A stretch of DNA of 64,000 nt, taken from assembly GCA_963708025.1 (NCBI GenBank), contig CAVPSB010000010.1, positions 1 to 64,000 of the forward strand. Direction: 5' to 3'. A program made the position numbers and the translations under genes. The notes beneath the pieces are model-generated. The model was not told where the DNA came from. It saw only the letters and a program-made list of their open reading frames with translations, and did not search any database. Position 1 is the stretch's first letter. The number at the start of each line of letters is the position of its first letter. Of the stretch, positions 52,624-62,931 are shown piece after piece. The stretch is from an uncultured Candidatus Rokubacteria bacterium (GTDB lineage: Bacteria > Methylomirabilota > Methylomirabilia > Rokubacteriales > DASRDR01).

Positions 52624-54504
52624 GAGACCTCCTGTCCGGCGTTCCGGCCGGAGCCCGGGTCGAGGGGTTCGAGGACGACCGGCGCGCCGGACAGGGCGCG
52701 CCGGCTGCGGCGGAGCAGGCCCGCGGTGAGCGTGACGATGGCCACCGCGGCGATCGCCATCGGCAGGTCCAGCGGCGCCGGTGGGCCGGCCGCCAGGCTG
52801 CGGTGGTGCCCGGCCGGGACGGCGCCCGCCAGGCGAAGCGTGAAGCGGTCGTTGAGGTCATAGGCCCCGTCCCGCTGGACGACCACGCGGCCGCTCCAGG
52901 TGCCCTCCATGCCGAGGAGCGCCTCCATGGTGACGAACGAGCCGGCCGAGGCGCGGCTCAGGGTCAGGACGAGGGGGCCGCCGTGGGCGTGCGGCGGCGT
53001 GAGCTGGACCAGCGCGGCGGTGGCGTCGGCGAGCGGCCGCCCCGCGCGGTCGGTCACGGCGACCCGGATGGTGTTGCGGCCGGGACTCAGGGAGGCGACC
53101 TCCACGGAGACGCGCGCATCGTCGACCTCCCGCTCGTGACGGAAGGCGGCGACCGGCGCCGGGCCGTGGGACGGCGAGGTGGTTCCCAGGAGGGCCGCCA
53201 GCAGCAACGCCAGGACGCCCAGCCCCGCTTCCAGCCGGAGCGTCCGGCGGAACCGTCGGGCGACCCGCTCGCCGCGCGCGCTCGCGCGGCCGGCGGCCTC
53301 GACGGCGCGGGGGTGCACCCGGAACTGGTGGTAGCCACCCAGGCCCAGCATGGCGGCCATGACCAGGAGCTTCGCGAGGAGCCAGCGACCGTATGCCGTC
53401 CCGATCAGGTCACCGGCCGACGCCAGGTGGAGCCGGGCGAGATAGAGACCGCTCAGGCCGAGACTGCCGACGGCGACGGTGGCCAGGACGGAAAAGGCGG
53501 GGATCGCCTGCACCAGCGCCGCCGCCGGGGCCACAGGGCGGAAGGAGCGCCAGAACAGCGAGGCGAAGTAGGCGAGGCCGGCAACCCACAGCGCCACCCC
53601 GAGCCGGTGGAGGAGCTCGGCGCCCAGGGCCAGGCCGCGCCAGCTCGTGGCCGCCGCGCCGTGACTGAGGAGTCCACCCGCCAGGATGGCGAGCAGGACG
53701 CACCCGATGCCGACATACCGGGGCCAGCGCCGGTGCCGGGCGCCGCGGGCCTGGAAGGCGACCACCGCGGCCAGCAGGGCGGCCAAGAGGAGCTCGAGCG
53801 TGGCCAGCCGGCCCACCGCGGTGGGCAGGAGGGCGATCGCGCCGGCGAGCCAGCCGGAACCGGCGCCAACCTGACCGGCCCGGGCGCCGAACGCCGCCGC
53901 CTCGCCGGCCGCCATCGCGCCGATCGATGCCGACAGGAGCCCGGATGGGGCTTCCGCCGCCGCCGGACCGAAGACCAGGGGGCCGATGAGCGCGCCGAGC
54001 AGGGCGAGCGCCCCGAGCATGGCGACCCAGCGCCCGATGGCGACGAGGGGCGGGGTGGCCGCGGCCAGATCCCGGCCCGGTGGCGGGGCGGGAGCCACCG
54101 TGCCGACGGCGAAGCCGTGCGCTCCCTCGGTCACGTGCCCGTCGTCGGCGGACAGGACCCGCCAGGCGACGGTGTAGGGGCCGGGCTCGAGCTCCGGGAC
54201 GGCCAGGCGGTAGAGCCACGGATCAGCCGGGTCGACGCGCGGAGGACCGGTGTCGACCGGCCGCCCGCGCGTGTTGAACGACCTGCAGCGAGCTGGCGCG
54301 CGGCTCCACGCGCTCGCTGAAGCGGATGGTGATCTCCCGTGGACTCTCGCCGACGACGGCGTTGGCCTCCGGCACCATGGCGACCGGCACGGCGTGAGCA
54401 AAGGCCAGGCGGGGCGCGGCCAGGAGGAGCGCCACCGCCAGGGCTGACGTGCTCGCGCGCACGCCGGACGTGAACCGGCGACCACGAGCCACTCTGCCGC
54501 GCAC
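52620..54504 (-). CDS. CopC-CopD-YtkA fusion (YcnJ-like copper uptake protein), frameshift near 54280
   Basis: AFA-HAVPV, WRVLSADDGH, LSHGAA, LHRLGVALWVAGL, TAYGRWLLAKL; GGAGG 6 nt before GTG. Confidence 0.85.
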
Positions 54505-54629
54505 TCGACGCCTCCTTTTTCGGCCGGGGGGAGCCCGCCGAAGAGGGATCTCCGGCCATCCCGGGATCGATGACGACCCGCACCCGTCCCGGGGGAAGCC
54601 GCGGGACGACGAGCAGGCGCCGGAAGGGG

Positions 54630-55196
54630 CTAGACGGAGCGGGCGGGAGGCGCGCGTCCCTGGTCGGGACGGAGCGCCGGAGCGGCCAGGAGGGGGTCGG
54701 CGAGCATGACGAGCAACGGACCCACGTCAGCGGGCGCGTCGGCGGTGATCTCGGCGGCCGGGGCGTCGCCGTGGACGTGCTGCGCCACGGACAGCACCTG
54801 GCACTGCGCCGCGCCTCGCGGATCGTCGATGTGGTGGACGGAGTGGATCGTGCTCTCGGCGACGAACACGGTCAGCATGGGGATCAGGGCCAGCGTCACG
54901 ACCCGGGGCCACCGGCGGGCGATGGCGCCGGCGAGGGCGAGTCCGGCCACGATCGCCAGCCAGGGTGCGAGCGACGTGGAGGGGCCGGCGATCAGGACCG
55001 GTGGCTCGGATGGGCCCGAGACGATCGCCGGCGCCGGCCCCGGCTCGGGGTCGTTCACCTCGAGGGCCGGCGGCGACACCGGGGAGAGCGCGGCCCGGCG
55101 GGAATGGCCCTCCGCCGGCTGGAAGCCCACCAGCAGCACCGCCATCCCGCCGAGCAGGACGAGCCCGGTCAGACGCGAAGCGCGGAGGCCCTTCAT
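54630..55196 (-). CDS. extended DUF2946-like leader protein with RAPP motif
   Basis: Signal plus two TM segments, ESTIHSVHH...CQV...QH, C-terminal GRAPPARSV. Confidence 0.75.
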   Translation of the reverse strand: MKGLRASRLTGLVLLGGMAVLLVGFQPAEGHSRRAALSPVSPPALEVNDPEPGPAPAIVSGPSEPPVLIAGPSTSLAPWLAIVAGLALAGAIARRWPRVVTLALIPMLTVFVAESTIHSVHHIDDPRGAAQCQVLSVAQHVHGDAPAAEITADAPADVGPLLVMLADPLLAAPALRPDQGRAPPARSV

Positions 55197-55203
55197 GGCG
55201 CAG

Positions 55204-55232
55204 AGCCTAACGGTGTGGCGCCGCCTTGTCAA
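55204..55232 (-). promoter_or_regulatory. sigma70 promoter giving a probably leaderless mRNA
   Basis: TTGACA-N17-TAGGCT, 7 nt before ATG 55196; no SD. Confidence 0.7.
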
Positions 55233-55235
55233 ACT

Positions 55236-55595
55236 CTAGTCGCACTTCTTGAAGAGGACGACCCACAGCTTGACCGGCCGGTCGCCCTCGTTGCGCGCGT
55301 CGTGCGGCGTGAGGGGAGGAAGGAGCCGGGCGGCCCCGGGCCGCAGCACCTCCCGGCCGGCGTCCGTCACCAGGGTCAGCTCGCCTTCCACCACGATGCC
55401 CAGCTCGGGATCGAGTCCGGTGTGGCGGCCGGACGCCGAGCCCGGGGGGAAGGTGAAGACCGAGACCCGCACCGAGTCGTTGTCCAGGGCGAGTCGCTCC
55501 TCGATCACACCCTGGGAGTCCTGCGCTCTCGCGCCGGAAGCCAGCGTGATCAGCCCGATCAGCGCGCCGAGCACGGCGGCCCACCGGATCGTCAT
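55236..55595 (-). CDS. exported cupin domain protein
   Basis: FPPGSASGRH...ELGIVVEGEL...PHDARN. Confidence 0.85.
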   Translation of the reverse strand: MTIRWAAVLGALIGLITLASGARAQDSQGVIEERLALDNDSVRVSVFTFPPGSASGRHTGLDPELGIVVEGELTLVTDAGREVLRPGAARLLPPLTPHDARNEGDRPVKLWVVLFKKCD

Positions 55596-55975
55596 GGTGA
55601 CCTGTCCTTCCTGATGGCCGTGACGAGGAGGCGACCGTCCTGCGCCTTCAGCGTGAACCGGACGGGATCGCCGGGGGAGAGCCCTTCCAGGAGCTTCTCG
55701 CTGGCGGCGTGGAACGGCATGGTCATGCCCTCCATCAGGTCGGGGATGTCCTCGTGGGTGAGCCAGACGACGCCGGAATCGCGCTGGACGAGGCGGACGA
55801 TGCCGCGAGCCGTCCAGGCGCCGTCAGCGACGCGCGGCTGGGCGGCCTCTCGCACCGTCGCGAGCTCCTGGCGGAGCTGGCGGACCTCGCGGGCCCACCA
55901 GAGATAGCCGCCGCCCAGCCCGAGCACCAGCGCGACATCGACCAGGAGCACCACCTTCCAGAGGCGCATCGTCAT
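55592..55975 (-). CDS. CusF-like copper-binding protein, membrane anchored
   Basis: LTHEDIPDLMEGMTMPF...GDPVRFTL. Confidence 0.85.
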   Translation of the reverse strand: MTMRLWKVVLLVDVALVLGLGGGYLWWAREVRQLRQELATVREAAQPRVADGAWTARGIVRLVQRDSGVVWLTHEDIPDLMEGMTMPFHAASEKLLEGLSPGDPVRFTLKAQDGRLLVTAIRKDRSP

Positions 55976-56123
55976 TCGGGCCGGGGGGGAGCTCCGCGCT
56001 CCATCCGGATCGCCGCGGCGCCTCGGGCCTGCAGCCCTCGGGACCCCACGTCCTTCCGGTGGCCCGGACCCCCCCTCCGGGTCTTTCGTCGCTGACGCTT
56101 CCGCGGCAATGGCTTCGAGCGTC

Positions 56124-58158
56124 TCAGTGGACGTGCTCGGCGGGGGCGGGGACCCGCTCCGGCTCGCTGGCGAGCCGCTGGACCTGGGCCACGAGGCGCG
56201 CGGGATCGCTCCAGCCGTCGCCCTGGGCCGGGCTCCAGCGAGCCCGGACGTAGCCCTGGCGGTCGATCAGGAACTCCAGGTGATCCGGGGGCGCCTCTTC
56301 CGGCTCGGGACGCAGGCGCCGATAGGCCTCGGCGGCCTCGGCGGCGCCGTCCACCGCGATCGGGAAGGCAACCAGTCGATCGTCGAGCTCGCGATAGACG
56401 TTGCGCCCGGGCCGGACCGGGACGCCGAGGACCTCCGCGCCGGCGCGGAGGATCGGGCCGTAGGCCGTGTTGAGCTGGGACAGACGGGGTCCCGACCCGG
56501 GGAGCGTGAAGATCACGAGGACGACCATCCGCCGGCCGCGGTAGTCCTTCAGGTTGCGGGCCTCCCCGACTCCCCGCGTGAAGGTGAAGTCGGGACCGAC
56601 GAGCCAGGGAATGGGCGCGGTCTCCGGGCCCATCGGGCGGGCCTGCTCGGCGGCGGCGAGGATGCGGATGAGGTTGATCGCGTCCCATCGCTGATCGACG
56701 CTCAGCCGATCGGCAAATCCCCGCATGGCGGAGCCCGGGATCCCGTTCGTGAGCCACCAGAACATGTCGCCGGCGGTGTGATCGGCGGCGTGCCGGGCGG
56801 TGAGGTCGGCCGGGCGCGGGCGGAGCCCGGATGCGGCCGGGCCGTCGCCGTAGCCGTGCTCGCCGTGACACACCGCGCACTGGGCCCGGTAGACATCGCC
56901 GCCGTCGGCGATCGACCCGGCGGTGTAGGTCACGCTCGGGCGCAAGTACGTCGTGGGGTAGGCGTTCGACGGCGAGCGGCGGCAGCGCCACCATGACCCC
57001 CGCCGCGGCCACCGCCGCCCCGGCGCCGAGAACCACGGGCCACCGGCGCAACCTCAAGACGGCGGCGAGCAGCGCGGCGACGAGCCCGAGCAGCGCCACC
57101 TGGCTGCCGATCGCCACCCGGGTCTGGACTCCGGGCAGGCTGCGGGTGGCGTCCCAGGACAGCCGATAGGCGAATGGCCAGGTGATCTGATCGTGCCGGG
57201 CGGGCGTCGTCAGCCCGAGCACGGCCACGACCCCGAGGATCGCCACGCCCAGCCCCAGCTCGGCGACGACCTGGCGACGGAGCCGACCGACCACGCGAGC
57301 GGCCCGCCGACCGCCCGCGACGGCCGCCAGGAGCCGGGGCTTCAGGACGAGGTGATTGAGCGCCGCGATCGCGATCAGTGGCAGCAGCAACCCGACCTTG
57401 AGGAGCAGCCACCGGCCGTAGGCGGTGCCGACCAGGGCCGGGAGTGAGTTGACGTGCTCCCAGCTGTTGAAGAGCCCGGTGGCGACGAGCGCGAGGACGC
57501 TGGCCAGGCCGAGGCGCGAGAAGCGCCGGGTGGCGCCCGCCGCCAGGACCGTCCCCGTCGGCTCCGGCAGGCCCCGGGACCGGTGGAGCAGGACGGCCAG
57601 CGGGCCCAGCGCCCCGAGCCACACGCCGGTGGCCAGGAGGTGCACGGCGTCGACCGCGATCGCGGCACCGGGAAGCTCCTGGGCCGACGCGGCGTGGCCG
57701 GCGGCCCCGATGATCGCCAGACTGAGCGCGCTCAGCCCGCCGGCCTGGAGGCGAAGGGCGAGCCAGTCCCGCACGTCGCGCTGCTCGTCGGCCAGGAAGA
57801 GCAGCCCGCCGGCGAGGACGAGCAGGGCCTGGCGGGCCAGCCACACGGCGCCGTACTGCGTCGTCAGCAGGACCGCCCCCAGGGCCGCCGTCGTGAGGCT
57901 CGCCCTCAGGCCCGCCCCGGTGGCCACCGCGGTCTGGCGCCAGAGATCGAGCAGCGAGCAGGCGATCGTGACCGCCAGAGTCCACCGACCGAGGGCGAGG
58001 AGGCGGCGGTCCAGCCGTTCGAGCAGCGCGATCGCGTCGGCGCCGGCGGCCTTCGCCGCCGGCCGGGCCACGAGCACGAGGAACGCGAACACGCCGACGA
58101 GAAGGCTGGCGCCGAGGAACTGGGCCCAGCGAACGGCGACGGCGAACGCTTCCATCAT
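56124..58158 (-). CDS. copD: CopD - cytochrome c - redoxin-fold fusion (frameshift near 56965)
   Basis: GHAAS, VHLLATGVWLG, TAYGRWLLLK; CAVCH..GYGDGP; GPDFTF..LKDYRG...FLIDRQGYVRARW. Confidence 0.85.
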
Positions 58159-58182
58159 CTTGGCATCTGGGGCAATCTCGAG

Positions 58183-58554
58183 CTATTCGGGCGGCTTCAG
58201 CGTGAACCGGTAGTCACCCTGCGTGCGGTGACCGTCCACGGCGAGCACGCTCCAGGTGACCGTGTAGACGCCAGCGGTGAGGGGCGGCAGCCCGACCTGC
58301 AGTAGCCGCCGGTTCCGGGGGTCCACGTGCGAGTCGCCGCGGTCGATCCGCCGGCCGGCGCCGTCGGTCACCGTCACGGCGCTGAAGGTCGGCTCGAGAT
58401 CCCCATCGAACCAGATGCGGACCTCGGTCGGCGCCGTCCGCACGACGGCGCCGACGCGGGGATCCGAACGCTCCGGAAAGGCATGCGCCCCGACTCCGGT
58501 CACGGTGATCATCAGCAACAGCTCGATGATACTCGTGGCGGTGACGAGGCGCAT
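58183..58554 (-). CDS. copC: copper resistance protein CopC
   Basis: GA-HAFPERSDP, IWFDGDLEP, WSVLAVDGH. Confidence 0.9.
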   Translation of the reverse strand: MRLVTATSIIELLLMITVTGVGAHAFPERSDPRVGAVVRTAPTEVRIWFDGDLEPTFSAVTVTDGAGRRIDRGDSHVDPRNRRLLQVGLPPLTAGVYTVTWSVLAVDGHRTQGDYRFTLKPPE

Positions 58555-58563
58555 CCGGAGCTC

Positions 58564-59439
58564 CTACCGGAAGATCGGCCGGAAGACCGTCGGGAACAGG
58601 TCGTCGAGGAAGACGTGGAACAGGGCTCGGACGCCGACGTTCTTGCCGGTCTCACTGTTGATCGGGATCACGGCCTCGATTCCTACCTCGATGTACTTGC
58701 CGGCCCAGATGAGTCCCGGGTTCACGGTCCCGGTCGTCTTGCCGCCGTCGAGCGGGGTGGAGAAGAGCAGCTCGACGATCGGGAAGATCCGGCCCACGGC
58801 GGGCGGGATGCCGACGTCCTTCACGAACTGCTGGAGATACGGGAGGCTGTACTCGATCGCCACGCCGTAGGTGAGCGAGTTGCCCTCCGCGCTCGTGAGC
58901 GGGATCTCGGCGCCGAACACCCCGGTGATGGCCAGCGGCCGGAGGTAGGCCAGGGCGTCGGGCAGGTCGCCCAGGCCCTTGCCGAAGAAGAGGGCGGGCG
59001 AGATGGTGGAGAAGGACTCCGCCCCGCCCGACTTCTGGCCGGCGCCGCCGATCTCCCACGAGAAGCCGAGCGACAGGATGGTCTCGTGAGCGTCGCTCTT
59101 GAAGAAGACGTACTTCGCCGACAGCTCGGGGTTGCCGAACCCGTCGCTGCTCCGCTCCTCCGGATCGCTCGGGTCGAGGAAGCTGTACTCGGCCTCGATC
59201 GACAGCCCGAAGCTCGGGGTGATCGACTTGGAGAACTCGGCGCCGAGGGTCGTCTGCTTGCCCTCCGGACCCTTGATGTGCAGAACGGATGGCAGCGACA
59301 GCTCGTCGGCGACGAACGGATCGTCGATGGTGAGGGTGGCGGGGAAGAAGCGCTGCCCCGCGACGCCGTGGGCCCACGCCGGCCCCGCCGGCGCGGCGAT
59401 GAGCAGAATGGTCCCCAGGACGCACCAGACCCTTCGCAT
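58564..59439 (-). CDS. putative outer-membrane beta-barrel associated with cop genes
   Basis: AWA-HGVAGQRFFPATLTIDDP; alternating beta-strand pattern; precedes copC-copD. Confidence 0.65.
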   Translation of the reverse strand: MRRVWCVLGTILLIAAPAGPAWAHGVAGQRFFPATLTIDDPFVADELSLPSVLHIKGPEGKQTTLGAEFSKSITPSFGLSIEAEYSFLDPSDPEERSSDGFGNPELSAKYVFFKSDAHETILSLGFSWEIGGAGQKSGGAESFSTISPALFFGKGLGDLPDALAYLRPLAITGVFGAEIPLTSAEGNSLTYGVAIEYSLPYLQQFVKDVGIPPAVGRIFPIVELLFSTPLDGGKTTGTVNPGLIWAGKYIEVGIEAVIPINSETGKNVGVRALFHVFLDDLFPTVFRPIFR

Positions 59440-59514
59440 GCGTCACCTCGCTGAGCCGGCGCGCTCCGTCGCGCGGACGGACGCCGGCCGCCCGGACGTT
59501 GCCCGTCTCGAACC

Positions 59515-59826
59515 CTAGAGCCAGGCGAGGGACGCCGTCGGTGGGCCGCGGCTGGCCGGGCGCCGGGCAGGCGCGAGCGCGGGACGCGAGGCGGGAGCCG
59601 GGTCCGTCCGGCCGGACGTGGACAGCGCGACCACGAAGAGCGCGAGCGGGGCGGTCGCCGCCGGTGTGTGGTCGGCGATGACCAGGACCTCGCACTCCGG
59701 CTCCTGGTCGGTCTCGAAGAGGTGATGGACGAGGTGCGGGGTCGTCTCGGCGATCAGGAACAGGAGCGCGCCGCAGAGGAGCAGGCTCAGCCTGGGGCGA
59801 CATCGGTGAAGCGGCGGTGGTGGCAT
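59515..59826 (-). CDS. DUF2946-like leader peptide with RGPP motif
   Basis: Hydrophobic segment, ETTPHLVHH...CEV...DH, C-terminal SRGPPTASLAWL. Confidence 0.75.
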   Translation of the reverse strand: MPPPPLHRCRPRLSLLLCGALLFLIAETTPHLVHHLFETDQEPECEVLVIADHTPAATAPLALFVVALSTSGRTDPAPASRPALAPARRPASRGPPTASLAWL

Positions 59827-60099
59827 GGACCCATCCAGGGCGGCTCCATTCTGCCACAGCGGGTCCGGGGGGGCCGGCCTTTCCTCAGGCTCGACGGTTC
59901 CGGAGCGTCGTCCTCGTCCGCCGGCTCGTCGTCGGCCGGGGCAAAGAACGCCCGGCCGGCCATGGCCACGAGCACGAGGACGACGAGCCCGAAGAGCCAC
60001 CACGCGAGGCCGAGTCCCTCCGTCGCCGCCCGCGTGGTGCGCGCGGGCGGGCGTGGCCACGGCCAGGAGGAGGAGCAGGATGGGAACGGTGAGGCTCAT
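59787..60099 (-). CDS. small exported/membrane protein (frameshift near 60012)
   Basis: MSLTVPILLLLLAVATPARA-HHAGG then WWLFGLVVLVLVAMAG. Confidence 0.45.
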
Positions 60100-61117
60100 G
60101 CGAGCGACAGGACGTCGGCCGGCCGCACGGCGCGTCGTGGTGCGGCGGGACTCCATCAGCGCGAGCAGCAGGGCGAAGCTCTGGAGGTTGTCGCCCAGGT
60201 GCGTCTCCGGGACCCGGCCGTTCCGGATGGCCTCGACGAACTGGGCCAGGCCGTGCCCCAGCTCGCCCTCGGGGGCCGGCTCGCCGGGGACCGGCCGCGG
60301 GTCCCCGGCGCCCAGGAGCGAGACCCGCGAGCTTCCGTCCAGGTGGAGGGAGCCCTGCTCGCCGACGAGCGTGATGAGCCCCTCCTGCGGCGTCTCGCGC
60401 CCCCTGGGCGACCATCGTGGCGTCGTAGCCCACCACGAGGCCGCTCTCCATCGTCAGGATGGCGCAGGCCGCCGAGTCGCCGGTGAACCAGCTCCACGCC
60501 GGGCGGAAGCTGACGCCGATCACCTCCCGGGCCTCCTCGCCGGTGAGGTAGCGGATCAGGTCGAGGTGGTGGATCGCGACGTCGAGCAGGAAGGGATCGG
60601 CCATCCGCTCGCGCCACCCCTCGACGGTGGTCCGGCGGATCTGCTGGCGGCACTCGAGCATGAGGTGGCCGACCCGGCCGATCGCCCCGTCGCGGACCGC
60701 GGCGCGGAGCGCCCGCGTGTGGGGCCGCCACCGGAAGTTTTGGCTGACCATCACGACCCGGTCGGGGCGGGCCCGGGCGGCGGCGTGGATGGCCCGGGCC
60801 TCCTCGGCCGCCGTCGCCAGCGGCTTCTCGGTGAGGACGTGGAGGCCGGCGCCGAGGGCGGCGACGATGGCCTCCCGGTGGAGCATCTCCGGCAGCGCGA
60901 CGATGACGGCCTCGGCATTGCTCGCGGCCACGGCCTCCTCCAGGGTCCGGAAGCCGGGAACCCCGGGCAGATCCAGCTCGCGCCGGAGCGGCGGCAGCCC
61001 CTCGGGCGACCGCGAGACGATGCCGGCCACCCGGCAGTCCTGTCGCCCCTTCAGGGTTTCGAGCCACTTCCGGCCGAAGAACCCGGAGCCCCAGACGAGG
61101 ATCGAGAGCGGCACCAT
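60096..61117 (-). CDS. Gfo/Idh/MocA oxidoreductase (frameshifts near 3' end)
   Basis: GSGFFG, HVLTEKP, VSQNFRW, DVAIHHLD. Confidence 0.9.
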
Positions 61118-61325
61118 CCTGACCTCCCGGTGTCGTTTCGATCCACTATACGGCCACTTCCGCGAGGCCCGCGCGGCAGCCGTCGGTCACATCTGGGAGG
61201 CTCGGAACCTTGACTTCGCGGGAGCCGATTAGGGACAATAGGACATTTCGCCCGGCTGGTCCGCGGACGGCGTCGATCGCCGCGCGGACGCCGGCTGGTG
61301 GCGCACGGTCGGTGAGGGAGGGTGT

Positions 61326-62477
61326 ATGGAGCTGGCCCAGGTTCTCCGCGAGGGCATGAACCGCGGCGCGTCGGATTTTCATCTCAAGCCCAAGCAGCAC
61401 GCGGTGCTTCGCATCCAGGGGAAGCTTCTCGCGATCGATTCCTGGCCGCCGATCGAGATGAAGGACCTCGACCAGATGGCCCAGGCGATGATGACGCCGG
61501 CCCAGCGGGACCGGTACGAGCGCGAAGGTGGCGTGGATGTCCAGTACAGCGTGGCCGGGGTCGGGCGCTTCCGGGCCAGCATCTGCAAGGCCCGCGGGAG
61601 CACCTCGATCGCCCTCCGCACGGTGCCGTACGAGCTGCCGAGCTTCGACGACCTGAACCTGCCCCCGGTGACGGCGAAGCTCTCCATGGAGCCCCGTGGC
61701 CTCGTCCTGGTGACCGGTCCGGCCGGCAGCGGCAAGACCACCACGCTGGCGGCGATGATCCACCACATGAACCAGCACCGCAACGACCACATCGTCACGA
61801 TCGAGGACCCGATCGAGTACCTGCACCAGGACAAGAACTGCATCATCACCCAGCGCGAGGTGGGGACCGACACCCCGACGTTCGCCGACGCGCTCCGGAT
61901 CTGTCTCCGGCAGGACCCCGACGTGATCATGGTGGGCGAGATGCGCGACGTCGAGACGATCCGGACCGTCCTCACGCTTGCCGAGACCGGGCACCTGGTG
62001 CTGTCCACCCTCCACACGATCACCGCGGCCGAGACGGTCAACCGCATCATCGCCGAGTTCCCGGGCGCCGCCGAGCGGCAGATCCGCGGCCAGCTCTCGC
62101 AGGTGCTGAAGGGCATCGTCTCCCAGCGCCTGATCGAGCGCGCCGACGGCTCGGGCCTCCTGCCGGCGGTCGAGGTGCTCGTCAGCACCACCACGATCCA
62201 GCGCTGCATCGAGGACCCGGTCCGCACGGCGCAGATCCCGCAGGCGATCGCCGAGGGCAAGGACATGTACGGGATGCAGACCTTCGACCAGTGCGTCCTC
62301 CAGCACTACCAGAAGGGGACGATCACCTACGAGGAGGCCCTCCGCGCGTCCAGCTCCCCGGCCGACTTCGAGGTCGAGGTCCAGCGGCTCTCCATGGGCT
62401 CGGTGGCGGAGGCCAAGCCGGCTGCCGCGGCGGCCCCCGCCGTCGGACGGGTGGGCGGTCGGCCTCCCGGCCGTTAG
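61326..62477 (+). CDS. pilT: type IV pilus retraction ATPase PilT/PilU family
   Basis: ASDFHL, GPAGSGKTTT, TIEDPIE, LRQDPDVIMVGEMRD, TGHLVLSTLH, GMQTFDQ. Confidence 0.95.
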   Translation: MELAQVLREGMNRGASDFHLKPKQHAVLRIQGKLLAIDSWPPIEMKDLDQMAQAMMTPAQRDRYEREGGVDVQYSVAGVGRFRASICKARGSTSIALRTVPYELPSFDDLNLPPVTAKLSMEPRGLVLVTGPAGSGKTTTLAAMIHHMNQHRNDHIVTIEDPIEYLHQDKNCIITQREVGTDTPTFADALRICLRQDPDVIMVGEMRDVETIRTVLTLAETGHLVLSTLHTITAAETVNRIIAEFPGAAERQIRGQLSQVLKGIVSQRLIERADGSGLLPAVEVLVSTTTIQRCIEDPVRTAQIPQAIAEGKDMYGMQTFDQCVLQHYQKGTITYEEALRASSSPADFEVEVQRLSMGSVAEAKPAAAAAPAVGRVGGRPPGR

Positions 62478-62931
62478 ACTTCCGAGATCCCCCCGATGCG
62501 TCCCCGGTCGCGGCAACGGCGAAGCCGCCGCTGACGCGCTTCCCGGCCCGCGTCGCACCGAGCGCGACTCCGCATCCTCCGACAAACCGGTCGCATTCCG
62601 GGCCGAGCCGTCTACAATTCCTGATAGAGTCCTTTGAAGTGCCATTGCGACGGCAGACGAGTCAGGGGCGGGGCCGAGGAGTGAGCAGCGCCCACAGGGA
62701 GGCGTAATGGACGCAGGGAGTCGCCGACCGCAGGCGTACTCCGAGTACGCCGAGGATCGGCGACGACCGAGGACGACCAGAGGTGGGGACGGACGCCCCC
62801 AGGCCCAAGGCCGTCCGATCGACGCAGGCCGAGCGCGTCCCGACCGAGATGGACGTTGCGACGCTCATCGGCCCCGCCCAGTAGAGCCACCGGCCGGGCC
62901 GAGGAATAGCCCGGCCCGGCCGTCAGCCGCC

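Noticed and set aside
1819-61117. Numerous frameshifts suggesting mass pseudogenisation or programmed frameshifting
   Set aside because: Scattered single-base indels with few in-frame stops, also in msrA, the SDR and the oxidoreductase, fit long-read consensus error; cannot be resolved without reads
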